From Nitrospirota bacterium (GTDB lineage Bacteria > Nitrospirota > UBA9217), in the NCBI GenBank assembly GCA_029858565.1, contig JAOUEV010000003.1, positions 32,001-96,000 of the forward strand: DNA of 64,000 nucleotides, written 5' to 3'. Below the pieces are notes generated by a model. That model did not search any database and was not told where the DNA came from. It was given only the letters and a program-made list of their open reading frames with translations. The position numbers and the translations under genes were made by a program. Positions 52,178-62,931 of this stretch are shown here, piece after piece (positions within the stretch are counted from its first letter, which is position 1; each line of letters opens with the position of its first letter).

Positions 52178-52378
52178 AGGACGATCGTATCTACCTTTAA
52201 ACTCAAACACCCTGAAATCGATTGGAGAAACATCTCGGGATTTCGCAACGTAGTAGTTCACGACTATCTCGGCATAGACGTTGAGCAAGTCTGGGATATT
52301 GTCGAACGTGATTTGCCGAAGCTGAATGCCGCGGTTAACGCAATGATCAGCGAATTAGGCGATCCTGCCACGAAGTAA
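52174..52378 (+). pseudogene. HepT/DUF86 HEPN toxin with an internal deletion and frameshift
   Basis: TTG start gives MKDDRIYL*; another frame gives KHPEIDWRNISGFRNVVVHDYLGIDVEQVWDIVERDLP (RNxxxHxY). Confidence 0.88.
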
Positions 52379-52420
52379 AGCCATTCATTGATAATGAAAT
52401 AAGCTGGAAGTGGAGGTTGT

Positions 52421-54115
<1,695 letters not shown>

Positions 54116-54164
54116 GGACGTGACACGTGATGCGTATGACGTGGAGCGTAAGGGGTACGGGGAA

Positions 54165-54419
54165 ATGCAGGAGCAGGACCTAGCGAAGATCAGAGCAATC
54201 ATAGAAGAGCGGAACGTCCGTTATGCTCCCAAGGGAGGCAGCGTTACCCTTGCGGGTATCGAGGGCGGGACCGTGAAGATCGCGCCTGCGGGATTCTGCT
54301 GGCGGTGACATGTGACCCGTATAGCCCTGGTCGAGGGCTTGCAGGAAAAGTTGAAAAAGGAGTTTCCCTGGGTTGAACAGGTCATTGTGATCAACCTGGA
54401 TAAGACAAAAAAAGCTTGA
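54165..54419 (+). CDS. NifU/Nfu-like domain protein with CxxU (putative selenoprotein, TGA at 54306-54308)
   Basis: MQEQDLAKIRAIIEERNVRYAPKGGSVTLAGIEGGTVKIAPAGFCWR-U-HVTRIALVEGLQEKLKKEFPWVEQVIVINLDKTKKA; Nfu-like pattern continues past the TGA. Confidence 0.8.
54323..54339 (+). promoter_or_regulatory. Putative bacterial SECIS hairpin
   Basis: AGCCCT-GGTCG-AGGGCT; G-initiated loop begins 20 nt after the UGA. Confidence 0.7.
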
Positions 54420-54444
54420 ATTTCAAGGACAAAGTTCCTATAAT
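54416..54444 (+). promoter_or_regulatory. Near-consensus sigma70 promoter
   Basis: TTGAAT-17 bp-TATAAT. Confidence 0.65.
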
Positions 54445-54473
54445 TAAATTCGTCATCGGAGGGAGCGCAACCC

Positions 54474-54701
54474 ATGGACGAGTCTATCAAGATCTCGCTT
54501 ACGCCCCAGCAGAGCGCGGAGATCAAGAAACAGATCGGATTCGAACTTACCGAGATATACCTCACCAAACGTTCACTGAACAAGCTTCGTGTCTTCCGGC
54601 TGCGCCTGAGCGAGGAACAGCAGGAGCAGATCACCGAGGCTTGGGGTCAAAAGGTGAAAGAATTGACCGTGACCCGCTCAGTCGCCACCCGGATAATGTA
54701 A
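54474..54701 (+). CDS. Small hypothetical protein with an internal duplication
   Basis: RBS GGAGGGAG, own promoter; ISLTPQQSAEIKKQIG..LTEIYLT versus LRLSEEQQEQITEAWG..VKELTVT. Confidence 0.7.
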   Translation: MDESIKISLTPQQSAEIKKQIGFELTEIYLTKRSLNKLRVFRLRLSEEQQEQITEAWGQKVKELTVTRSVATRIM

Positions 54702-54780
54702 TTGAGAGAATGATCGCGCCGCGCAAGGGGCGCGCAGGTTTATTGTTGGTCCAGACCGAATGCGAAGGGAGGTGATTCCT

Positions 54781-54981
54781 GTGAAAAAGGCATTTTCGCT
54801 CCTGCTTTCATTGGTTATTGTTGCTACATTTGTCATGATCGGCTGTGAGAAGAAGCCCGAACCCCCGAAGCCGGCCCCGGCTCCGGCGGTAACGCCTCCT
54901 CCACCGCCCCCGGCTCCGGCACCTGCTCCGGCTCCCGCGCCGAAGCCTGCCCCGGCCCCCGCAAAACCGGCAAAGAAGTAG
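54781..54981 (+). CDS. Small Pro/Ala-rich lipoprotein
   Basis: RBS GGGAGGTG, GTG start, lipobox MIGC, (PA)n tail. Confidence 0.8.
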   Translation: MKKAFSLLLSLVIVATFVMIGCEKKPEPPKPAPAPAVTPPPPPPAPAPAPAPAPKPAPAPAKPAKK

Positions 54982-55015
54982 CGGTCCGCGGGATGTACAG
55001 TATGGCGATCAGCTC

Positions 55016-55043
55016 AAGGCCCCCATATGGGGGCCTTTTCTTT
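55016..55043 (+). terminator. Rho-independent terminator
   Basis: aaggcccccat-atgggggccttttcttt. Confidence 0.75.
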
Positions 55044-55163
55044 CGATGGTGTCGGTGGGAGTCCGACTTGGAAGCAGTGGAAACCGGGATGCCGGAGGGT
55101 GTGATGCTCCGGGACCACGGTGTCCCTTGCTGGCAGTCTCTACGCGAACGTGCGGGAATCCCT

Positions 55164-56960
55164 ATGAACAAACTGACAACGGACATTCTGTGCGATATCC
55201 TGCTCAAAGCCAAGGAGATCACGGCCGAACAGGCGCGGGAGATCAAGCTCAAACAGGACCATCAGCGCATGAAGATCCTGCGCTCCCGGGGCGAATCGGT
55301 CCACCGCGGCAGGGTGCATCTCGAGGAGGAGGTGTCGGCCATCGAGGTCGCGGCATCCTTTGAATTTCCGTCAGCGGCTGCAGCAGGAAGGGTGCTGAAC
55401 GAGGACACGGTGACCGAGATCGTGGCTCGCCACGCGGGCCTGCCCTTTCGCAAGATCGACCCCCTGAAGCTCAATCCGGAGATAATCACCCAGATCCTGT
55501 CCCGGGCGTTCGCCCGAAAGAACACCGCCGTTCCCATCGAGCGGACCGACGACCAGCTCGTTGTTGCCGTCGCCGATCCCTACAACCTCGAAGTGGTCGA
55601 GAACATCGGGCGCATGGGCTACAAGGTGGCGCGTGTCATGTCGCCCAAATCGGACCTGGTCAAGATCATCACCGAGTTCTACGGATTCCGTTCGTCGGTG
55701 AGCGCCGCCGCCAAGGAGATCTCCGGCGAGGTGGACCTGGGAAACCTCGAGCAGTTCGTCAAGATGAAGGCCGTGTCCGAGATCGAGGCCACGGACAAGC
55801 ATATCGTGAACGCCGTGGAGTTCCTGTTCCGGTACGCTTTTGACCAGCGGGCAAGCGACATCCACATCGAGCCAAAACGGGAGACCTCGGAAGTGCGCCT
55901 CCGGATCGACGGAATGCTCCATTCGATCCACAAAGTGCCCCGCCAGATCCACCCGGCGCTCGTTTCCCGCGTCAAAATGCTGTCGCGCATGGATATCGCC
56001 GAGAAGCGCAGGCCCCAGGACGGACGCATCAAGACCGAGTACAAGGGCAGGGAGGTCGAGCTTCGCGTGTCGACCATGCCGGTCGCGTTCGGCGAGAAGG
56101 TCGTGGTCAGGATCTTCGATCCCGATGTGCTGCTCCAGGACCTGGAAGAGCTGGGATTCGCGCCCCGGGAATATGAGCTTTTCCGTTCGTTCATTGCCCG
56201 GCCCCACGGCATCGTGCTGGTGACCGGGCCGACGGGAAGCGGCAAGACCACGACGCTCTACTCGGCGCTCAAGACCATTGCCGTGCCGGAAGTGAACGTG
56301 GTCACCATCGAGGACCCGATCGAAATGGTCCATGACCGGTTCAACCAGGTGGCGGTCCAGCCCCAGATCGGGGTGACCTTCGGCAGCACGCTCAGGACGA
56401 TCCTCCGCCAGGACCCGGACATCATCATGGTGGGCGAGATCCGGGACCTGGAAACCGCAGAGAACGCGGTGCAGGCAGCCCTGACCGGCCACCTGGTGTT
56501 CTCCACGCTGCATACGAACGACGCGGCGAGCGCTGTGACACGGCTCCTGGACCTCGGTCTCCCCGCCTATCTGATAGCATCGACCGTGATCGGGATCATG
56601 GCCCAGCGGCTGGTCCGCAAGGTGTGCAAACATTGCGAGCGGACCTATGAGCTGCTGCCCGAGGAGGCTGAAGCGGTCGGGCTCACGTCGGACTCGCGCA
56701 AGCCGGTGACGGTGAAATACGGCGAAGGATGCGCGCAGTGCCGGGGAACGGGCTACCTGGGCAGAAGCGGCATCTACGAAGTCATGGAAGTGAACGAGAA
56801 AGTACGCCCGCTCATCACCGAGAAGGTGGATGCAGACCGCATTAAAAAGACCGCTGTCGGCGACGGCATGGTTACCCTGCGCGCGGCGGCGGTGCACAAG
56901 ATGATTGAGGGTGAGACCACCTTTGACGAGGTCATCCGGGTAACAGGGGAGAAGATTTGA
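55164..56960 (+). CDS. GspE/PilB family secretion ATPase
   Basis: RASDIHIEP, RRPQDGR, TGPTGSGKTTTLY, LRQDPDIIMVGEIRD, STLHTND, two CxxC. Confidence 0.95.
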   Translation: MNKLTTDILCDILLKAKEITAEQAREIKLKQDHQRMKILRSRGESVHRGRVHLEEEVSAIEVAASFEFPSAAAAGRVLNEDTVTEIVARHAGLPFRKIDPLKLNPEIITQILSRAFARKNTAVPIERTDDQLVVAVADPYNLEVVENIGRMGYKVARVMSPKSDLVKIITEFYGFRSSVSAAAKEISGEVDLGNLEQFVKMKAVSEIEATDKHIVNAVEFLFRYAFDQRASDIHIEPKRETSEVRLRIDGMLHSIHKVPRQIHPALVSRVKMLSRMDIAEKRRPQDGRIKTEYKGREVELRVSTMPVAFGEKVVVRIFDPDVLLQDLEELGFAPREYELFRSFIARPHGIVLVTGPTGSGKTTTLYSALKTIAVPEVNVVTIEDPIEMVHDRFNQVAVQPQIGVTFGSTLRTILRQDPDIIMVGEIRDLETAENAVQAALTGHLVFSTLHTNDAASAVTRLLDLGLPAYLIASTVIGIMAQRLVRKVCKHCERTYELLPEEAEAVGLTSDSRKPVTVKYGEGCAQCRGTGYLGRSGIYEVMEVNEKVRPLITEKVDADRIKKTAVGDGMVTLRAAAVHKMIEGETTFDEVIRVTGEKI

Positions 56961-57042
56961 GAAGCGTGAGGCGTAAGTGGTAAGGGGTAAGGGGTAAACA
57001 GGATCGACCCCCCGCAGCTCGGCAGGATCGACCGTATAATTT

Positions 57043-58326
57043 ATGATTGAATCTTTGATCTCAGCCCTTTCCGGCCAATGGCCGATGCTCGCCGGGGCGT
57101 TCGCGAGCGTTCTGCTCGCGGCGTTCTTCGCTGCGTCGGAAACGGCCATGCTTTTCGCGAACAAGGCGCGCCTGCACCAGCTGGCCGAACAGGGAAATAC
57201 GCGGGCGGACGCCGCACTGAAGCTTTCCCACGAACGGAACAATCTGCACAGCACTCTCCTGCTGATCGAGAATTTCTTCCTCGTCCTCTCCGTTGTGCTG
57301 GCAACCGCGGTGCTGCTCCGCATCTTTGCCGGGAAACTGTCAGCGGTCGCCCTGACAGCGGTCACCATGAGCCTCATTATCGTCCTGTTCGCGAAACTGG
57401 CGCCCAAGGGACTTGCGTCGCGCGACCCCGACCGGCTCGCGCTGGCTGTTGCCTATCCCATGCTCCTGCTGGTGAAGCTGGTCGCGCCGGTCTCGGGAGT
57501 TGTCGCGGCGACCGCGGAATTCTTTGCCGGGCCCGCTTCCGCGAGGCCGCTGTCCTGCACCGCCGTAGTGACGGAAGAGGACATCAAGGCAATGATCAAT
57601 CTCGGCGAGGAAGAGGGCGCCCTCAAAGAGGAGGAGAAGGAACTGCTGCACAAGGTCTTCGAGTTCGGTGATACGCTGGCGGTGGAAGCCATGCGGCCGA
57701 GGACCGAGATCGTCAGCGTGCCCACGGCGGCGACGGTCCATCAGGTACTGTCGCTGGTGTCCCAGTACGGCTACTCCCGGTACCCGGTGATCGATAAGTC
57801 CGTCGACTCCGTGGTCGGCATCCTCTATATCAAGGACATCCTGGTCGCCATGGCCGAGGACGATGTCAAGCGCGAGGACCCGATCCAGCCGTTCATACGC
57901 CAGGCTTACTTCATTCCCGGGAACAAGCGGGTGAGCGAACTGCTGACCGAAATGCAGCGGGACAAGTTCCAGATCGCGATCGTCATCGACGAGTTCGGGG
58001 GGACCGCGGGACTGGTGACCCTGGAGGACCTGATCGAGGAGATCGTGGGGAGCATCCATGACGAGCTGGATGCCGTGGACAGGGACGTGCAGATCGTTGA
58101 CGAGAAGAACCTGGTGGTGGCGGGCCAGTCAGCGATCGACGAGGTGAACGAGCTTCTGGGCTCGCAACTGCAGTCCAAGGATTTCAACACCATCGGAGGC
58201 CTGTTGTTCGGGCTCTTCGGCAGAATGCCGCGGGTAGGCGAGCAGCTCCGGTACAAGGACCTTAAATTCGAGGTCCTGGAGCTGGACGGAAGGAAGATCG
58301 ATAAGATCAAGATAACGAAACTGTAA
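57043..58326 (+). CDS. HlyC/CorC (CNNM-CBS) family transporter
   Basis: FFAASETA, TM domain, CBS pair (YSRYPV, DEFGGTAGLVTLEDLIEEIVG), CorC domain. Confidence 0.93.
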   Translation: MIESLISALSGQWPMLAGAFASVLLAAFFAASETAMLFANKARLHQLAEQGNTRADAALKLSHERNNLHSTLLLIENFFLVLSVVLATAVLLRIFAGKLSAVALTAVTMSLIIVLFAKLAPKGLASRDPDRLALAVAYPMLLLVKLVAPVSGVVAATAEFFAGPASARPLSCTAVVTEEDIKAMINLGEEEGALKEEEKELLHKVFEFGDTLAVEAMRPRTEIVSVPTAATVHQVLSLVSQYGYSRYPVIDKSVDSVVGILYIKDILVAMAEDDVKREDPIQPFIRQAYFIPGNKRVSELLTEMQRDKFQIAIVIDEFGGTAGLVTLEDLIEEIVGSIHDELDAVDRDVQIVDEKNLVVAGQSAIDEVNELLGSQLQSKDFNTIGGLLFGLFGRMPRVGEQLRYKDLKFEVLELDGRKIDKIKITKL

Positions 58327-58422
58327 TCGAGAGTGACGAGTGACAAGAGACGAGATACGAGAAGAAGGCAAGGCTTCTCGCTTGTCACTTGTCTCTTGTC
58401 GCTGAATTTACGGAGGTAGACT

Positions 58423-59346
58423 GTGCGGAAGAAAGTGACTATTGCAGGAGCAGGGAATGTGGGCGCCACGCTGGCGCAGCGGATCACCGAACGGGACCTG
58501 GTGGATGTGGTGATGATCGACGTGACCGAGGGCGTGCCGCAGGGCAAGGCGCTTGATCTGCTGGAAGCGGGCCCGGTGCTGGGGTACGACACCTGCGTCA
58601 CCGGGACCAATAACTATGACGACACGGCGAATTCCGACATGATCGTGATCACCGCAGGCCTGGCGCGGAAGCCCGGCATGAGCCGTGACGACCTGCTTGC
58701 CGCGAACGCGGGCATCGTGAAGGAGGTGGCCGCAGAGACCGCGAAGCGGTCGCCGAACGCGGTCATGATCGTGGTGACCAATCCCATGGATGTGATGGCC
58801 TTTGTGGCCATGCAGGCCAGCGGATTCCCCAAGGAGCGGGTGATCGGTATGGGCGGGGTGCTCGATTCCGCCCGCTTCCGGACCTTCATTGCCACGGAGC
58901 TTGCCGTATCCGTCGAGAACGTGCATGCTTTTGTAATGGGCGGCCACGGGGATACCATGGTGCCGCTGCCGCGCTATTCCTCGGTGGCGGGGATCCCGCT
59001 TCCGGAACTGCTTCCGGCGGACCGGATCAACGCGCTTGTCGAGCGGACCCGGAACGGCGGCGCCGAGATCGTGGCACTGCTCAAAACCGGCAGCGCCTAC
59101 TACGCGCCCTCTGTCGCGACCCTGGAAATGATGGAGTCGATCCTCCAGGACAAGAAAAAGATCCTTCCCTGCTCCGTGCGGCTCGACGGCGAATACGGCG
59201 TGAACGGCGTTTTTGCCGGCGTGCCGGTGAAGCTGGGCGCGAAGGGCATCGAACAGATCATCGAGGTCAAGCTGAACGCTGATGAGAAAGCTGCGTTCAT
59301 GAAGTCCGTGGAGGCGGTGCGGTCAGGATGCGCGAAATTCACGTAG
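58423..59346 (+). CDS. mdh: Malate dehydrogenase (LDH-like)
   Basis: [45 protein letters not shown]. Confidence 0.97.
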   Translation: MRKKVTIAGAGNVGATLAQRITERDLVDVVMIDVTEGVPQGKALDLLEAGPVLGYDTCVTGTNNYDDTANSDMIVITAGLARKPGMSRDDLLAANAGIVKEVAAETAKRSPNAVMIVVTNPMDVMAFVAMQASGFPKERVIGMGGVLDSARFRTFIATELAVSVENVHAFVMGGHGDTMVPLPRYSSVAGIPLPELLPADRINALVERTRNGGAEIVALLKTGSAYYAPSVATLEMMESILQDKKKILPCSVRLDGEYGVNGVFAGVPVKLGAKGIEQIIEVKLNADEKAAFMKSVEAVRSGCAKFT

Positions 59347-60167
59347 AAGAGATCCGCGACAATGTCGCGCGCATGTGCGTCGAGGCGTCCTGCGACCTCT
59401 CCGAGGATGTGGAGACCGCTTTTGACCGGGCGCTCGAAGCGGAGACCGCGCCGACAGGCAGGGAGATCATCGGCCTCCTGAAGGAGAACGCGCGGATCGC
59501 CCGGGAGGACCGCATCCCGATCTGCCAGGACACGGGTATTGCCGTGTTCTTTGTCGAGATCGGACAGGACCTGAGGATCAAGAACGGTTTCATCACCGAC
59601 GCGATCAACGAAGGGGTCCGGAAGGGCTATAGGGAAGGATATCTCCGCAAGTCCGTTGTCGAACCCCTGACGCGCAAGAACACCGGGGACAATACGCCGG
59701 CGGTCGTCTACACGGAACTGGTGCCCGGGGACAGGCTCAGGATATCCTTCATGCCCAAGGGCGCGGGAAGCGAGAATATGAGCGCCATCCGCATGCTGCG
59801 GCCGACCGACGGCGTGGAGGGCATAAAGGAATTCGTGGTCGAATGCGTCAGGAACGCAGGGGCCAATCCCTGTCCTCCTATTGTTGTCGGCGTCGGCATC
59901 GGCGGGACCTTTGAGAAAGCGGCGCTTCTGGCGAAAAAATCGCTTCTCCGATCCATCGGGAGCCCGAATTTGAAACTTGAGCTGGCTTCCCTGGAAGAGG
60001 AACTGCTGAAGGCGGTGAACCGGACCGGCATCGGACCCGAGGGCCTTGGCGGCAGGGTAACAGCAATGGCGGTTCACGTGGAGACCTTCCCCTGTCATAT
60101 CGCGAGCCTGCCGGTGGCGGTGAACATCAACTGCCACGCGGCGAGACATAAAACAATAATTCTTTAA
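59328..60167 (+). CDS. Fe-S fumarate hydratase, alpha subunit
   Basis: [39 protein letters not shown]. Confidence 0.94.
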   Translation: MREIHVEEIRDNVARMCVEASCDLSEDVETAFDRALEAETAPTGREIIGLLKENARIAREDRIPICQDTGIAVFFVEIGQDLRIKNGFITDAINEGVRKGYREGYLRKSVVEPLTRKNTGDNTPAVVYTELVPGDRLRISFMPKGAGSENMSAIRMLRPTDGVEGIKEFVVECVRNAGANPCPPIVVGVGIGGTFEKAALLAKKSLLRSIGSPNLKLELASLEEELLKAVNRTGIGPEGLGGRVTAMAVHVETFPCHIASLPVAVNINCHAARHKTIIL

Positions 60168-60273
60168 GAGCCGTGAGGCGTGAGGCGTGAGGGGTAAGGC
60201 GTAAGACGTGAGACGTGAAATGTGAAGAACCAGTGACCCTGTGTTCATTTGCTGTTAAGGAACGTGATCTGAT

Positions 60274-60834
60274 ATGTCTTCTCCAATAAAAATAGCATCC
60301 CCCTTGACCGACGAGGCCGTGTCCAAGCTCCGGGCCGGTGACCGCGTGCTGATCACCGGGACCATCTATACGGGCAGGGACATGGCTCACAAGTACATGG
60401 TCGAGGGACATCAGAAAGGCGAGAAAGTGCCTTTTGATCTCAAGGGACAAGTCCTTTACTACACCGGTCCGACGCCGGCGCCTCCGGGCAAGCCGATCGG
60501 TGCGGCCGGCCCTACCACGAGCTACCGCATGGACAAATACGCGCCCTACCTTCTCGATCTGGGGCTCAAGTGCATGATCGGCAAAGGTCCTCGCGGCGCA
60601 GCGGTGCGGGAGTCGATCAAAAAGAACAAGGCCCTGTATCTTGCCGCCATCGGCGGGGCAGGCGCGCTCATATCAAAGTCCATCAAAAAGGCCGAAGTGA
60701 TCGCTTATCCCGAGCTTGGGACCGAGGCGGTGATGCGGCTCGAGGTCGAAGACTTCCCCGCTATTGTCGTGAACGATATTGTCGGCGGGGACCTGTATGA
60801 GCTGGGCGTGGCGGAGTACCGGGAAGAGAAATAA
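60274..60834 (+). CDS. Fe-S fumarate hydratase, beta subunit
   Basis: GRDMAH, GPTTSYRMD, IGKG, ELGTEA. Confidence 0.94.
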   Translation: MSSPIKIASPLTDEAVSKLRAGDRVLITGTIYTGRDMAHKYMVEGHQKGEKVPFDLKGQVLYYTGPTPAPPGKPIGAAGPTTSYRMDKYAPYLLDLGLKCMIGKGPRGAAVRESIKKNKALYLAAIGGAGALISKSIKKAEVIAYPELGTEAVMRLEVEDFPAIVVNDIVGGDLYELGVAEYREEK

Positions 60835-60944
60835 CTGCTATTTGTCGACGCTGAGGACACTGAGAAAGCTTATGAAAATTCGCTTTTTTCATAACTTCGT
60901 CTGTGTCCTCAGTGTCAAAGAATATTTACTGTCAAGGAGAAGTC

Positions 60945-61478
60945 ATGTCGATCAAATCAAAGATCAGAACCGTACCGAACTACCCGAAAAAAGGCATCAT
61001 GTTCCGCGATATCACCACGCTCATCAAGGACCCCGTCGGATTCCGTCTGGTGATCGATACGATCACGCAGCGCTATATCCATGACGATTATAACTTCAAC
61101 GTCATCGTTGGCATCGAGTCCCGGGGCTTCATCATCGGCGGAGCCCTGTCCTACACGCTCGGAAAGGGTTTTGTGCCGATCCGGAAGAAGGGCAAGCTTC
61201 CGGCTGAGGTCGTTTCCCAGGAATACGAACTTGAGTACGGCACGGACAAGATCGAGGTGCACAAGGACGCGCTCAAGCAGGGGGACCGCGTGCTGTTGAT
61301 CGACGATCTGCTCGCTACCGGCGGCACTGCCATGGCGGCAGCCGCGCTTATCGAGAAGCTGGGCGCCAAGGTCGTGGAGATGGCATTTATCGTGGATCTG
61401 CCTGATGTGGGAGGGCGGAAGAAGCTTGAAGCAAAGGGATACAAGGTCTACGCTCTTACGGAGTTCGAAGGTGATTGA
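60945..61478 (+). CDS. apt: Adenine phosphoribosyltransferase
   Basis: FRDITT, ESRGF, RKKGKLP, LEYG, IDDLLATGGT. Confidence 0.97.
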   Translation: MSIKSKIRTVPNYPKKGIMFRDITTLIKDPVGFRLVIDTITQRYIHDDYNFNVIVGIESRGFIIGGALSYTLGKGFVPIRKKGKLPAEVVSQEYELEYGTDKIEVHKDALKQGDRVLLIDDLLATGGTAMAAAALIEKLGAKVVEMAFIVDLPDVGGRKKLEAKGYKVYALTEFEGD

Positions 61479-61509
61479 TACGGTTTGATCGGATTAATTA
61501 TCCTGATGG

Positions 61510-61550
61510 AAAAGGCGAAGCATGAAACGCATGCTTCGCCTTTTTTGTTT
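61510..61550 (+). terminator. Rho-independent terminator after apt
   Basis: aaaaggcgaagcatg-aaacg-catgcttcgcctttttt. Confidence 0.85.
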
Positions 61551-61600
61551 GAAAATTCAATTGGTTGGATAGGCCGGGTGTAATGGGAGGCAAAGAATTG

Positions 61601-61659
61601 TTGACAATTGTCAATTATTCTAACATCTACTTGACAGATAATCTAACTCATGGTATGGT
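61601..61659 (+). promoter_or_regulatory. Operator palindrome and promoter of the XRE-Panacea TA operon
   Basis: TTGACAATTGTCAA perfect palindrome; second TTGACA (61631)-17 bp-TATGGT with TG extension. Confidence 0.6.
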
Positions 61660-61682
61660 GGCTCCATGGTAGGAGGGCTGCT

Positions 61683-62471
61683 ATGAGTGTTTCCAATAAA
61701 ATAGGCCGGCGGATCAAAGAGTTGAGGGAAAAGGCCGATATGAGCCAGGATGCGTTGGCGATCGCGATGAAACTGCCGCGACCCGCGATTGTTCTCATCG
61801 AGAAAGGATCGAGAAAGGTGTCCGCCGATGAACTTGTCGGTTTTTCCAAGTTGTTCCATGTGGCAGTGGATGAGCTGTTGAATCCCGGGAAAGAACCGGA
61901 TGTTCGGCTGCCCGAGGAGAGGGCAGAAATAGCTGCTAAACCGGGTCTGCGGATCAGTGTGCCGCAGAAAAACCTCGTGAAGTTCAAGGAAGTGCTGCTA
62001 TACATCCTGAACAAGGTCGGCGCCAAGGAGAATATCGGCGAGACGGTCATCTATAAGCTGCTTTATTTTATCGATTTCGACTATTACGAGAAATACGAAG
62101 AACAGCTGATCGGCGCCACGTATATCAAGAACAAGTTCGGACCAACGCCGGTCGAGTTCGTCAAGATCGTCGAGAAGATGATCAAGAACGGGGAGATCGA
62201 AAAGGTCAAAAGCGAGTACTTCAAGCTGCAGCAGACCAAGTATCTGCCCCGTAGAAAAGCGGACCGCGCGAAACTCACGGCTGGAGAGGTCGAAGTGATC
62301 GATGACGTGCTGAACCGGCTCTCGGACATGAATGCCAACCAGATCAGCGCATATTCGCACAGCGACGTGCCCTGGATGTCAACAAAGGATGGCGAGACCA
62401 TTGATTATGAATCGGTCTTCTATCGCACACCGCCCTATTCCGTGCGGGCTTACGCGGAAGAGAACGGATGA
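61683..62471 (+). CDS. XRE HTH fused to a DUF4065/Panacea antitoxin domain
   Basis: IKELRE...SQDALA...IEKGSRKVS; YKLLYFIDF, FGPTP, SAYSHSDVPW. Confidence 0.88.
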   Translation: MSVSNKIGRRIKELREKADMSQDALAIAMKLPRPAIVLIEKGSRKVSADELVGFSKLFHVAVDELLNPGKEPDVRLPEERAEIAAKPGLRISVPQKNLVKFKEVLLYILNKVGAKENIGETVIYKLLYFIDFDYYEKYEEQLIGATYIKNKFGPTPVEFVKIVEKMIKNGEIEKVKSEYFKLQQTKYLPRRKADRAKLTAGEVEVIDDVLNRLSDMNANQISAYSHSDVPWMSTKDGETIDYESVFYRTPPYSVRAYAEENG

Positions 62472-62833
62472 GCGGTCCGTTCTACAGAGAATTCTCCGGC
62501 ACACTGTTTAAAAAGATCACCCATGTGCCGGAGTTCGAAAAGGACCTGAAGAAGTTGCTGAAACGCTTCTCTTCTCTGGAAGAGGACCTGCAGACCTTCA
62601 TCAAGGTTGCAATGAGCCTGTTCCATAAGCAGAAGATCGACAGCAACGCCATCTTTCACGTATCCGATCTCGGGATTAAATCTCCGAAAATATATAAAGC
62701 TAAGAAGTTCGCCTGTAAGGCGCTGAAAGGCAAGGGCGCACAATCGGGGATCAGGGTCATTTATGCGTATCATGAGGAAGAGGATTGGGTGGAGTTTGTG
62801 GAAATCTACTGTAAAGAGGATAGGGAAAGATGA
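62468..62833 (+). CDS. Putative RelE-like toxin
   Basis: EFEKDLKKL.KRF.SL.EDL, KGKGAQSGIRVIYAY, EIY; ATGA overlap with the antitoxin. Confidence 0.75.
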   Translation: MSGPFYREFSGTLFKKITHVPEFEKDLKKLLKRFSSLEEDLQTFIKVAMSLFHKQKIDSNAIFHVSDLGIKSPKIYKAKKFACKALKGKGAQSGIRVIYAYHEEEDWVEFVEIYCKEDRER

Positions 62834-62835
62834 TG

Positions 62836-62877
62836 AGAATAACTTCCTCAGAATAATTTCATCAGAATAATTTCATC
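62836..62877. repeat. Three tandem 14-bp repeats
   Basis: AGAATAACTTCCTC AGAATAATTTCATC AGAATAATTTCATC. Confidence 0.85.
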
Positions 62878-62931
62878 CGATTGAATGTTTTGCATATAAA
62901 TGATATACTCTTTCATTCGTTAGGAGTCGTT

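Noticed and set aside
54120-54308. 62-aa ORF as given in the track
   Set aside because: Its start lies in a heptamer repeat tract and its stop is the probable Sec codon; replaced by 54165-54419
55164-56960. Complete type II secretion or type IV pilus system
   Set aside because: Only the ATPase is here, with no pilin, platform or secretin genes; stand-alone paralogs are common
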